Source: the human T2T-CHM13v2.0 reference genome, Homo sapiens. Taken from it: a stretch of 64,000 bases of DNA. Below, piece after piece: positions 45,095-64,000 of the stretch. The notes beneath the pieces were generated by a model. It searched no databases, was not told the origin of the DNA, and worked only from the letters and a program-made list of their open reading frames with translations. Every line of letters begins with the position of its first letter. Positions within the stretch are counted from its first letter, which is position 1. The stretch is from NCBI RefSeq assembly GCF_009914755.1, contig NC_060940.1; one strand, 5' to 3'. Both the position numbers and the translations under genes were made by a program.

Positions 45095-45381
45095 GCTCAT
45101 GCCACAATGTGGACAAACTTTGAAGACGTGCTGAGTGACAGAAGGGAGCACAGAAGGCCACAGGTCCACAGAGACAGAAAGCAGATTGTGACTCACGCCG
45201 CAACGTGGACGAGCCTTGAAGACGTGCTGAGTGACAGAAGGGAGCACGGAAGGCCACAGATCCACAGAGACAGAAAGTAGATTGTGACTCATGCCACAAT
45301 GTGGACGAGCCTTAAAGACGTGCTGAGTGACAGAAGGGAGCACAGAAGGCCACAGATCCACAGAGACGGAAAGTAGATTGA
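45095..45381. repeat. 96-bp tandem repeat, about 3 copies, inside L1M 3' end
   Basis: Unit starts at 45099, 45195 and 45291; 32-aa ORF periodicity. Confidence 0.93.
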
Positions 45382-46559
45382 TTCCTCGTTGCCTGGACTG
45401 GGGGTGGAGAGTGATAGCTAGTGAGTACAGGATTTCCTCTTTGGGGTGATGGAATGTTCTAGAACTAGCTAGTGGTGATGCTTACACAACTTTGTGAATA
45501 TACTGCAAACCAGTGAATTGTACACATTAAATGGGAGTATTTTATGTTATGTGAATTGTGTCACAATTAGAAAATTCTTTTCTTAGAAAAAAGTCGGTGG
45601 CTGGGCATGGTAGCTCATACCTGGAATCCTAGCACTTTGGGAAGCTGAATGGGGAGGATCACTTGAGCCCAGGAGTTAGAGACCAGCCTGGGCAACATTG
45701 CAAGAGCTCATCTTTCTTTTTTAAATTACTTGTAGAGATGGGATCTCACTATATTGCTCAGGCTGGTCTCAAATACTAGGCTCAAGCAATCCTTCCACCT
45801 CAGCCTCCCAGAGTATGGGGATGACAGGCATGAGCCACTGCTCAGGCCTCTCTTAGCTTTATCTCCGACACGTTGTGATATAGAGATTAATCATTTAATC
45901 GCTTAGTGGACACATTGAGATTTGTGACCAAATGACAGCAAAATGCACTGGGAACACACCTTGCTCACATTTTAGAGATCAGTGCTTTGTGTACGCCTGC
46001 CCGGCTCCACAGCACATACACTACAACTGGAGCTGTACTTCTTCATGGGATGTTTTTATCTCTCGTGGGCCTGTGTTGGATCATCAGGACACAAAGTTCT
46101 GTCCACAGAGGAGTAAGTAGCATCTTCTTTAAACTGTGTCCCACTTTGGGTTTCTTTATTTCTTTTTTTTTTTTTTTTTTTTTTGAGACAGTGTCTCGCT
46201 CTGTCACCCGGGCTGGAGTGCAATGGTGAGATCTCGGCTCGTTGGAACCTCCACCTGGGTTCAAGCTATTCTTCTGTCTCAGACTCCCGAGTAGCTGCGA
46301 TTACAGGCATCTGCCACCACCCCCAACTCATTTTTGTATTTTTAGCAGACATGGGGTTTCATCATGTTGGCCAGGCTGGTCTCGAACCCCTGACCTCAGG
46401 TGATCCGCTCACCTCAGCCTCCCAGAGTGCTGGGATTACAGGTGTGAGCCACCACACCCGGCCCCTACTTTGGGCTTCTGATTTATCCCTCAGTGAACAA
46501 GCATCCCAGTCCATTTTTTGGGTCTGATCTCCTTGGCTGTGCTCCCCCTAATTTTTTAA

Positions 46560-46757
<198 letters not shown>

Positions 46758-47015
46758 TAGAGACGGAGTTTCACTGTGTTAGCCAGGATGGTCCCGATCT
46801 CCTGACCTCGTGATCTGCCCTCCTCGGCCTCCCAAAGTGCTGGGATTACAGGCGTGAGTCACTGCACCTGGCCTTCTGTCTTTTTAAGACTGAATAATAG
46901 GTGCGGTGGCTGATGCCTGTAATCATAGCACTTTGGGAGGCCGAGGTGGGTGGATCACTCAAGGTTAGGAGTTCGAGACCAGACTGCTCAACATGGTGAA
47001 ACCCTGTCTCTACTA

Positions 47016-47207
<192 letters not shown>

Positions 47208-47352
47208 TTAGTGTGGAGCAGCTACATTGGGTGTTTCCCTCATCTGTGGGTGGACACTTGGGTGGTTTCCACCTCTAGGCAATTGTGAATAGAGCTGCTG
47301 TGAACGTGGGCGTAAAAATCTCTTCAGACCCTGCTTTCAGCTCTTTAGCATG

Positions 47353-47700
47353 TGCCTGGCAGTGGAGTTGCTGATGACCTGGTGGTTGTGTGTTTCATCT
47401 TTTGTGGAACTGCTGGCAGCGGAGTTTCTGATGACGTGGTGGTTGTGTGTTTCATCTTTTGAGGAACCGCTGGCAGTGGAGTTGCTGATGACCTGGTGGT
47501 TGTGTGTTTCATCTTTTGAGGAACCGCTGGCAGCGGAGTTTCTGATGACCTGGTGGTTGTATGTTTCATCTTTTGAGGAACCGCTGGCAGCGGAGTTGCT
47601 GATGACCTGGTGGTTGTGTGTTTCATCTTTTGCGGAGCCGCTGGCAGTGGAGTTGCTGATGACCTGGTGGTTGTATGTTTCATGTTTTGAGGAGCCGCCA
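47353..47700. repeat. 57-bp minisatellite, about 6 copies, inside antisense L1M
   Basis: Unit GCTGGCAGTGGAGTTGCTGATGACCTGGTGGTTGTGTGTTTCATCTTTTGAGGAACC; 19-aa ORF periodicity. Confidence 0.95.
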
Positions 47701-47974
47701 AGCTGTCTTCCACAGTGGCTGTGCCATTTTACTTTCCCACCAGTGGTGTGGGGGCTTCCAGTTTCTCCACGTCCTCACCATTACTCTGTTCTCTGTTTTT
47801 TTTTGATAGTAGCCATTTCAGTGGGTAGGAGGTAATATCTTACTGGGTTTTGATCTGCCTTTCCTGAAGATGGGTGGTGGGGTGTCTTTTTTCATGTGCT
47901 TAATAGGTCATTTGTGTATCTTCTTGGAGAAATGTCTTTTGCTCAGTTTTGAATCCTTGCAAAACTGTGTTTAA

Positions 47975-49975
47975 AGCAGCAGGTCTGAGTGTCATCTGTG
48001 AACCCCTGGGAGTCCTTGAGACCCTTTCAGGGGACCCTGAGGTCAAAACTATATTTATTTATTTTTCTTTTTCTTTTATTTTATTTTACTTTTGTGAGAT
48101 ACAGTCTCCCTCTGTTGCCCAGGCTGGAGTGCAATGGCGTGATCTCAGCTCACTTGCAACCTCCACCTCCCGGGTTCAAACGATTCTCCTGCCTCAGCCT
48201 CCCGAGTAGCTGAGATTACAGGCGCATGCCACCATGCCTGGCTAATTTTTGTATTTTAGTAGTGGCTAAATTTTGTGTTTCAGTTGGTCAGGCTGGTCTC
48301 GAACTCCTGACCTCAAATGATCCGACCGCCTTGGCCTCCCAAATCGAAACTATATTTATAATAACAGTAAGGCTGAGCCAGGCATTCACCATGCACTGGC
48401 ATTTCGAATGCCACTTTACTTCATGTCTGTGCTGTAGTAGTAAGAACTGTAATTTAATTAAATCTTACACTTGAGTACAGATGTATTATTTATTTTTATT
48501 ATTCGTAAGTTCTTTTTAAAAAACTTTATTAAAGTAATATTTATGTGCCATGAAATTGACCCATTTTAAGTGTACAGTTCCATGATTATATAAGCATATC
48601 CCTATGATAAAGTTTAATTTATAAGTTACGCACAGTAAGAGATTAACAACAATAGCCAATCATAAAATAGAGCAATTGTAATAAAAATGTGAATGTGATC
48701 TCTCAAAAGAGCTCACTTTACTGCACTCAGCCACTCAGCCATCTGATGACGTGGGATGAAATATGCTCGCATGATGACACGGAGGCCCTGCCACTTAGCA
48801 TTGGGCCCCCCTTGACCTCCTGCCAATGCGTCAGAAGGAAGGTCACCTGCCCCCAGTGATCCTGGGTCACTGAGCCACAGTGAGCACAGCACCGCCGTAC
48901 CCCCAACGGTTGTTGGCCAAGAGGGCTGCTAAGTGACTAGTGGGCAGTTAGCGTCGTGGACAGCTTGCATCTGCTGGACAAAGGGATGATTCGTGTCCCA
49001 GGTGGGGCAGAGGAGGTCGGCACAAGATTTCATCACGCTGCTCAGCACAGAACATCATTTAAAACTTAGGAATTATTTTTGGAATTTTCGATTTAGTATT
49101 TTCAGACGCAGGTAACTGAAACTGTGGAAAGCCAGAAAGCAGAGCTTCTGTGTGTGTCTCAGTACTCAGCGTGGTGGAGTGGCAGCGTGGGTAGAGCCCC
49201 TGCCGGCACCCAAGTCCAGCGGCCTCAAGGGGCAGCACGTGCAAGGCTGGAGCTGCGGCTGACCCTGTGCGCTCTCCGTGGAGCACACATTCATGAGAAA
49301 GACTGGCAGACATGCCAGGGAATGCAGATCCGGGTCCTGGCAGGAACAAAGTGAGCCTGTGGCTTCAAGGAGAACAACGGACAGTGTTAGCAGTATTAAA
49401 ATTGGAGCTTTCAGTTGAAAATTGGACTTTTGTGTGCTCACCAGCTTCTCAGTGTGTCAGGACTTTCTCAGGTGACCATTGCAGGATGTCACAGAATCAT
49501 GCCTGGGTAAAAGACCCATTCAAAGTTCAAGATAGACCAATGGATTTCAGAAGAACCAAGTTGGAAAAGTGTGGTGATAGGGTTCAATTGCAGCTCGCTG
49601 TAAGGAGCCTTCCCTTGCTGAGTGCGGTGTCAGGGAGAAGCTCTGAGCACACTGAAAAGGCTTTTAGATGCCCCTCCCTCTCTAGCTGCATCTCTTCCTG
49701 GGGCTGTAATGTCCTCTCCTGCTTGAGCCACAGCGGCCCTTCATGGTCGATCGCATGCAGATGGGAGGCCAGGGGTTTTCCAGGGTCAGCATTCAAGAGA
49801 TTCGCAAAAAGGCAAAGAATGCCATTCCTCTCACCAAATATTTTAAAAACAGTTTCATAAATATTTGTTACTATATATTGGATATCTTGTTATTGTTAAA
49901 TAATGAGATATCTTTAAGTGTCTCTTAATTTCTAATATCGTACGTATCAATAGAAATGACACATATAAACCAAGT
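47975..49975 (+). mobile_element. Charlie1-type hAT DNA transposon remnant interrupted by Alu (-) 48060-48342 and MER44/Tigger7-like element about 48590-49140
   Basis: GAGACCCTTTCAGGGGACCCTGAGGTCAAAACTAT near the left end; transposase relic HAWVKDPFKVQDRPMDF; Alu TSD AAACTATATTTA; CCTATGATAAAGTTTAATTTATAAG...GGTAACTGAAACTGTGGAAAG is typical of MER44. Confidence 0.78.
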
Positions 49976-50473
49976 AAACACAGGGAATTGATATTTACTG
50001 TATTCAAAATCAGAAGAGACATTTAAAGATATTTCATGTGTGGGCTGTGCTGGAGCATGAGCTGAGCCTCAGTTCCTGCCACCTCTGTGTTTAGTTTCCG
50101 GATTTTCCATGTTTCCTATCTGTTTCCTGTCTGTTTCCCTGATCCAGTTTGGGTTGGTTGCTGCTGAGCATGCAGGTTCCCTTTCTGTAGTTACATTGTT
50201 TAGTGAAAAAAAGCAAGGTTCAGCACAGAGCATAATATATATGCTCAGGTAAAAGGGGGCAATGATTGATGGATGGAGCCCCAGTATATTGATAACTGCC
50301 TCTGGGAATGGCCCTGGAGGCATGGGATAGGTGGTCAACTTCACAGTGTACCTTTTAGAGTGGGTGGGTATTTTTTATTTACAAGTATTTCATTTGATTA
50401 TGAAATATTTCATATATATAAAATAATACAGTGTTTACACAAGCGTAAAGATTAATAAGAGAATAAAACAGTT

Positions 50474-52778
<2,305 letters not shown>

Positions 52779-53779
52779 TCCCAACTTCGTTTGACTTATG
52801 TGTGATCTCTGAAATGCTTTTAGAAATTTTAAAAATTACTTGTCATTTTTGCATTTCCAGAGAAGCAGTTTTAAGTTTTCTTTCGTGTTTAATTTGGATC
52901 GATATTGTTATTATGTTGTATTGAGTTGGTTTTAATGCAGGCTTAAGTGTTCCTGATGTTTAAGGTTAAAATTTTAAATGATTTAAAATCTAACTGCATG
53001 TTAACCCATTGAAAAAAATTTTTAAACCGCTTAGATACTATATGCCATATTTGGTTTTAAACAATGTGTACACATTATCTATTCCCAAAAAAGTACATTT
53101 TAAAAAAGTGATTCACTCAGTAATTGAGTTAGACACTTAGATGTCTTATATTCTACACTTGAAAGTCGAGGTCTCCTTTACTAACCCGGATATTCTGTTG
53201 AAGATGAAGGTTTGTGATTGTTATTTATGAGCAAAGTGTAAAAGCCCGTTTCAGTTCCAGAAATATCTTGAAATGCCCTGTGAGAGTTTTCTCTGTGAGA
53301 GAAATGCAGACGTACAGAGGTGGCCAAGGGGACCCTGAGCACACCTGCAGGCTTCTGATCATTGTTAATGCTTCTCATTGATGTCTGTTTCGGCACAAAT
53401 ACAATTAACATCCAGTTGTACCTAGATGAGCCTGGGCCAGGGCTGGAAGCAAAGCTCTGGGGCTTTTCTGGTTTAAGGGGAAAATTAATACTCAGACAGT
53501 TGATATGCGTGAACTCTCCACAAAGTGACTTTGTGGTCACTCTGACCGAGGTGCCTGGCAGCCTCTGGGGAACTGCCGTGCCTGGGCAGGTGCAGCTGTC
53601 TGGCTCAGCCTCTCCAGGCTCATCCCGCCCACCTCCCCGTTCAGTTCCCACTACTGTGTGGCTCGCCATCAGGCCTGGGTAAACATGGCCTCTGCCCCCT
53701 CCCACCCCCCACCCCAGCAGCTGCCCTTGTGCAATTAGGCTCTTGTGGACCCTTTCTGATCTCACTTTTGTTTCCATAG

Positions 53780-53928
53780 GGAACTGTACCTGGGGAATGA
53801 ATTGTAGGTTTATACACCCTGGAGTGAACGACAAGGGGAACTACTCCCTAATCACCAAAGCCGACCCCTTCCCGCCTAATGGTGCCCCGCCTCTCGGACC
53901 TCACCCGCTGATGCCCGCCAACCCTTGG
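53780..53928 (+). CDS. ZC3H18: ZC3H18 exon 4 (rest of CCCH finger GNCTWGMNCRFIH, Pro-rich linker)
   Basis: Acceptor CTTTTGTTTCCATAG|G, donor TGG|GTGCGT; 149 nt, phase 1 to 0. Completes C224-x7-C232-x5-C238-x3-H242. Confidence 0.96.
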
Positions 53929-54221
53929 GTGCGTGATGCCTCTTCTTTCATTGTTAGCACATCAGCCAACTGAGCTGTGTCTGAATCTCAAGCTTAAGAC
54001 AAGTCACTGTGCCTTAGCACAGGCTCAGTGCCCCCTTTCGGCTGCTTCTGTCGTCCCGAGTGGAAGCAGGCCTCGGCTTTCCGAGGACGGAGTGAGGCTT
54101 GGTGGAAGGAGAGCGGCCACACACGGCCGGCTTGTGTTGTAGTTGATGTTTTTACTGTCTGGTTTCTCTGTACACTTGAAAGTTTTACTTTCTCACCTTC
54201 TCCCTTCTCGTTTTTCAATAG

Positions 54222-54314
54222 GGTGGGCCGGTAGTTGATGAAATTTTGCCTCCACCCCCTCCAGAGCCCCCAACAGAGAGTGCCTGGGAACGAGGACTCC
54301 GGCATGCAAAGGAG
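54222..54314 (+). CDS. ZC3H18: ZC3H18 exon 5 (GGPVVDEILPPPPPEPPTESAWERGLRHAKE)
   Basis: Long pyrimidine tract ending TTTTTCAATAG|GGT, donor GAG|GTAAAC; 93 nt, phase 0-0. Confidence 0.95.
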
Positions 54315-54449
54315 GTAAACACAATTCAGCAGAAATCCCGACAAGAAAGATGCTATTACAGGAGTGGTTCTTGACAAAACTGGGATTTCCTCGGTCCAGA
54401 GAGAGCCCCAGAAATCTCTGAAGTTAGGCGTCTGTTTCTGTGGTGTCTT

Positions 54450-56345
<1,896 letters not shown>

Positions 56346-58049
56346 TAACAGAAGAAGTGCCTGGGTCGAAGGGTGGAAGTCAGATCTTGGGGGATTGCAT
56401 GGCATATAAAGTGCTGTTTTCCTCTGCCTGTGGATGGCACGGTGAGGTTCAGGGCAGGGAACTGGATTATAATTCGGGCAGATCTGAATTGGCACTCCAT
56501 CATGCTGAGGCTTTAGCAGCCCTGTACATTTCTGGTTGCTATTAGGGAATCATAATCACTATGATTTCTATCTGGAGTGACAATAAACGGTGCTCAAAAA
56601 AGGAAGGCGTGCAGGGCTTGCACTCCAGGATTTGGTCCTGTCGACTTGGCCCTGCAAGGCCCTTCTCAAGGCCTTCTTGCCGCGAGCAGGCTACCCTGGG
56701 CTTTCCGCCTGCGGAAGTTGGGGGAGGAAGCCCCAGTGGCCCACACCTGCCCCAGCAGGTGAGAGCTTAGAGGTTAAAGGGATAGGTATTTAAAGACTTG
56801 GTTAACATGTACATTTTCTAATTAAGTTTTGTGTGGAATGTCAGATCACAGAAAGGAGCATTTGAGTCAGAACTCTGCAGGATCACCAGGGGTGTCTCCT
56901 GAAGCCCTGGAGGCCTTTGTGTTTTTTTGTTAGATGTGGATATCGTCTTTCCTTCCCCAGAGCTCGTGTGCACAGAGGTCTCTATAAATATGTGTGGGGA
57001 AGGATGGATTTTAGAACCTGGGCGTGATCCTTGACACTCTATTTCCAGTTTCCCTGGCTGGAGCAGGGACCGGAAAACTGCCTGCTTGGAAGTGGTTCGG
57101 CAGGTCTCTGAGGTTTTTTGGAGTGCCCTCTGTGTGTGTTTTACCTATCAGTGTTGGTTACAGAAACAGGTGTCTCCCATCCTGGCACCAGGTGACAGAA
57201 GCTGGCTCCTGGCTCCCTAGCTTCTCTCCCAGGAGCCGGTATCTACACTGCAGGACCCCCAAATGTTAAAGTCTCGGCAGTCAGGGCTGAAAGGTTTTCA
57301 CTGGTGTCTGAAAGCCAGGTATTTCTGTATGTTTGTATTTTGTTTGTTTTTATAGAGTAGCCTCTGTGTATGTTACAGTTAACCTGAGGCCTTTTGTGCC
57401 ATGCCTCCCCCGAGACCTGGTGAGTCAGGACCTCTGGGAACAGGGTCAGGGTGCATGTGTCACAGTGGCGAGGTGCCCTGGCTGTTTCTGATAGACACAG
57501 TGGAAAGAACTGTCAGGGTTCTGCCAGGAGGGTGGAGACCCCCCTATGATTGTCACAAAGAGCATCTAAGGGAAGGGTGGGTCCACCAGGTAGGTTGCTA
57601 CAGAGGAAAACAGTGAGTAGAGGGAGCCAGTACAGCTGGGCTGCTGAGACCCGGAGGGAAGGAAGGAGCTGCACTGCAAGTGCAGATGTCCTGGTGCGTG
57701 CTGTTGGCAGGAGTGGGTCCTCTTGTCACCCAGCCTTCTCGGTCCTACCTGTGCCCGCTGCAGGCAGGGCCTCACCTGGAACAGCTGGCAAAGCAGGTCG
57801 CAGCTTGTAGGGTGTGCAGGAGGGTGGCTGGCAGCCCAGTTGGCGGTCAGGCTCCAGGGCCTTAATGGCACAGAAGAGGCCAAGCCAGCAGCACTTATGT
57901 GTTGCAATCCTGCTGCATGACAGGCTTCGCATCCAGTGCTCCTGACCTGTTTTGGGTCACAGCAGGCCGAGGTCAGGGCCATGTCCCTGCCTCACAGGTG
58001 AGGAGAGTGCAACCTGGATTGATAGCTGTGACCTCCTGGTGTGGTGCCT

Positions 58050-60355
<2,306 letters not shown>

Positions 60356-62869
60356 CTAATAGGGACATGTGACCCAAAAGACACAAGGGCCTCTAGTGCG
60401 CACAGGACGTCACCTGTGAGAAATGCGGTCATCAGTAGTAGCCCCACCGTGAACAGAGTTTCTGATTAAATCAGAGTCAGGCTGTCAGGCCATGGCCAGG
60501 GCCATGGACTGGGCCCCTGCCAACTCCCCATACGCCCCCAGCACAGAGAGTAGTGCAGTGCCGGTGTATTAGAGGCGGAGGTGCAGGCTGCTGTTCTTTG
60601 GAGTAGGATGTCAGGCTGGGATACAGAGGAAACAGAACAGTAATTTTCAAAAAGCACACTCCCTTTCCTCAGGTAACAGGTCTACCAGATGCTGGTCCAG
60701 CACCTCCTTTGTCCCAGATGCTTAACTGAGAGAGCACAAGTGGCTTTTACCTGGGATTTGCTGGTGCCCTGTGGGGAAGCCCCCTGAGTGAGCAGGGAGG
60801 GAGGGTTGGGCTACCTGGAGAGTAAGACAGGGCCTGCTCCACATGGGTAAGCCCACAGTCCCACAGACTCAGGGCAGATGGATGTATGGGTGCCCAGGCA
60901 TTGCCTGTGGCCTCTGCATGCCTTTGGGGACCTCCTCCCCTGCCTGCACTTTCAGTGGCCAGCGTTGCAACAGGAACGTGGGCAACAGGCAGGTGGGCAC
61001 CAGGTCGACCATGCTGGGTTGGGGTGAGGGCAAGAGGCAGCAGGGGGCTGCGTCGCTGCTCCCTTTGTGAGCTGCCTGGGACCCTCCTTTTCACCTTGGG
61101 TCTCTGCAGCAAGCAGGGACACGTGAGCATCTGACTCCCACCCTTTGCAGAGCACAGCCTCCCTCCACCTGGGTTGAGGTCAGCACGATTTCAACCTGAA
61201 TTGTGCAAATGCAAGTTGCATTTCATTGTGTAATATTGCATAACCCTTAGATTAAAAGTGAGTAGTGTTAGACATTTTAGAACTTTTTCCTAGTACTTTT
61301 TGAGATCCAGTTTCCTTGTCACTGAAATGAAATGGTTAAACAAAGTGATCTCGAAGCTCCAAACTTCTGTCTTACACGTTCTCTAATTGCTCGACTTTTC
61401 ACCTGCCATGCCTCTCCCTGGGCAAGGCTGTGGGCAGAAACCACCTGCCCCTGATGGGCATGTCCAATGGTTCCCCTTAGCCAGGACCTCGGGTTCTCCT
61501 CTCCAGCGAGGAGTAGGTCCACTCCACGTGCCAGTGCTGAGTCTGACGCTGCCCAGACCTCTGGGGACGCGGGGCCTCTGGAGTGCAGATTCCACGTGTG
61601 TGCACAGGACACTGTTGGTGTTGGCTGGTTAAGTGGTGACTGCAGAACGAGGTGCGAGCCTCCCAGTTGCTGCGAGCCAGCTTTGCCCAACCTTGCTTCA
61701 CCACAGAACCCTTTTCTCAAAAGGCCCATTAACATTTTGGGTTCCCTAAAACAGTTGGGGAAGAGTTTGTGCATACCATGATACTGCCCAGTAGCATTTA
61801 TTTTTAAATTGAATTAAATACCTTCCAAATTCATTTCAAGAGTGTTTCAGAATTTTTCAGGATGGTGCTGAGGAGTCCGTTGTTGGCATGGTTGCAGTTC
61901 CTGGTGGCGTGTTGTGTTGACACGTTCTCTAGAACGCATGCTGCGGAGCAGATGGTTCCGAGGCAGCCACGCTGAGGAAATGCTGTGTGCCTCATTCCTA
62001 TCCGCTCATCCACGACTTCCAGAAAGCCTGCAGGAAAGAGGCCTTTTCATTTTGCTTAAGTACAGTTTCCCAAAAACAAATTTGCCGGCACAGTCCTCTT
62101 GTCAGAGAACACACGCCTCACACATTTTGGGAAAGGCTTTTCTACCCTATTGGGCTTACGCAATCAGCCTCAGCCCACCGAGTAGTTGGGGGCCACAGCC
62201 ATGCACCACCAGACCTGGCTGCTGATGTGTTTTTTGTAGAGACGGTGTCTCGCGTGCTGTCCAGGCTTCCTCTTCGTTTTTATGTAGCCTGATGTCATAT
62301 TGCCACAGGTCTCTACAAATGTTTCCTGAGTGTTATAATTCAGTGTGATTTGAGTAGTGTGCACATTAGATTGAACGGTGTCCGACTGATGGGAACGGAC
62401 TGAAGCTGTGTCCTTTGGGAGAGCCAGTTCTAGGCCATGTGGAGAGTTGAGGAGGCCTCGAGGGTGTTCGTAGCCACCCATCGCTGGAGCCACCTCAAGC
62501 CATGATGCCTCAGGTTCCCACCCAGTCTACCCGAAGCAGAGGGTTGGCTTGTGGCTGAGACATACCCTGGAGGGGCGTCCAGGGACCTCCTATTGCTAGT
62601 GTACACTTTGTTTCCTCTGCTCCACAGGAAAGGAGATGCAGAGTTGTGGGCCCCGCCAGGAGTTTAGAGCAGGCCCCCCCCAACCCTGTGCGCAGTGGGG
62701 AAGAGAGCCTGACCTTCCCAGCAGCTGGACAGTCGTCCCCTCCCTGTTCAATGAAGAATCCCCTCTGTCCCTGAGATGCCACCTCTCTGGGCGTGCCTGG
62801 GTCTGCCTCTGGACCTCCTGCCTCCTCCTTCTGGCCGCCGGTTTTCATGTGCTGCGATGGCACTGGCTT

Positions 62870-63950
62870 AATTATACAGGCTTTTTAGGATGTTTAATGT
62901 CTCAGAGGGCGTGTCTGGCGTGTCTTTTCATTTCCAGGGTTTTCTTGGCTGTTCTTGGGGTGCGATTTTTCATGTGAACTTGGGTGTCAGCTTGTCTGGC
63001 TCCTTAAAGAAGCTCATTGGTGTTTTTGCTGGGATTGTGTTAAATTTATCAGTCAGTGTAGGAAGGACTGACTTGTGGGCGATTCCGAGCTGCGCTCTCC
63101 CAGTGCAAGAGGCGTCTCCCCATTATTCATGCACGCTTTGTGTCAGGTTTCAAAACCCCCATTTATTCATGCACACTTTGTATCAGGCGTCTCCCCATTT
63201 ATTCACACGCTTCATGTCTCTCAGGCGTCTCCCCATTTATTCACAGGCTTCATGTCACGTGTCTCCCCATTTATTCACACACGCTTCATGTCTCTCAGGC
63301 GTCTCCCCATTTATTCACACACACTTCATGTCTCTCAGGCATCTCCCCATTTATTCACACACACTTCATGTCTCTCAGGCATCTCCCCATTCACATGCTT
63401 CATGTCAGGCGTCTCCCCATTTATTCACGCACGCTTCATGTCTCTCAGGCGTCTCCCCACTTATTCACACACACTTTGTGTCTCTCAGGAATCAGCTCTG
63501 CACATTTCTGGTGAAATGTGTTGATATTTTATTCCTAAGTACTTTTTTCTTCTTTCTTGCTATTGTAAATGCGGTTTTCTCCACTCTGCCTCCTAACTGG
63601 TTATAATCTGTGTCTGTGAAGACACTGATTTCTATGTTAATTTTTTTATCCTCTGCCTTTCCAAGTTTCTTCATTGTTTGTTTGAATTGGCTTTATCAAT
63701 TCTCTGGGTTTTTCATGTATAGTATCATATCATTTTGCAAATCTGAGCTCGTTTTGCTCCTTGTTTTCGTGTTCTTGTGCCTCTAGTGGGCTCCCCTTGT
63801 CCAGTCAGGGGGTGCCTCCACACAGGGACAGGTGGTTGCGGAGACTCCTGGGGGAGCTCCTCCTATTCCCCAGTGAGTAAGGTGCTGACTTTTGTTCCAA
63901 AGTGTGTCAGTATATTTTTATCATGCTAAAGTATCACTTCCTATTTTCTT
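62870..63950 (-). mobile_element. Degenerate L1M ORF2-region remnant hosting the 40-bp minisatellite; Alu (-) begins at about 63955
   Basis: TTTTTCATGTGAACTTGGGTGTCAGCTTGTC, GGGATTGTGTTAAATTTAT and TTTATTCCTAAGTA resemble antisense L1M. Confidence 0.72.
63105..63495. repeat. About 40-bp minisatellite, about 10 variable copies, inside antisense L1M
   Basis: Unit CAGGCGTCTCCCCATTTATTCACACACACTTCATGTCTCT (CAGGC at 63296 and 63336). Confidence 0.93.
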
Positions 63951-64000
63951 TCCTTTTTTTTTTTTCTTATTTAATTTTCAAGACGGAGTTTCACTCTTGT

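Noticed and set aside
49312-49860. 182-aa ORF with a hAT transposase-like segment (WVKDPF)
   Set aside because: Short relic within an interrupted, decayed Charlie element; no evidence of domestication.
62890-63606. 238-aa ORF and overlapping ORFs as a possible ZC3H18 exon 7
   Set aside because: Derived from antisense L1M plus the 40-bp VNTR; does not resemble ZC3H18 coding sequence.

Overview
Human (primate) genomic DNA, GC-rich and dense in Alu, L1M, MaLR and DNA-transposon remnants. It holds the 5' half of ZC3H18, recognised from the translated exons (I recall the locus as 16q24, downstream of ZFPM1). The gene has a CpG-island promoter at about 25.4-26.7 kb, a non-coding exon 1, and coding exons 2-6 (codons 1-362: acidic N-terminus, DGEI/EGEV motifs, single CCCH zinc finger), and continues past the window end. 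The first 25 kb is intergenic or antisense-lncRNA territory with several minisatellites. There is no prokaryote-type system, and nearly all track ORFs outside the ZC3H18 exons are repeat or GC artefacts. The best leads are all post-transcriptional and untested: (1) a candidate TDP-43-type poison cryptic exon at a (TG)26 tract in intron 2; (2) a 72-nt in-frame cassette that splits the zinc finger; (3) an intron-1 candidate exon whose two consensus donors would give either an N-terminal extension or an overlapping uORF; (4) a strong-Kozak uORF in exon 1; (5) minisatellites built from repeated 5' or 3' splice signals, several arising inside old L1M copies. Repeat subfamily calls and boundaries were made by eye and are approximate.
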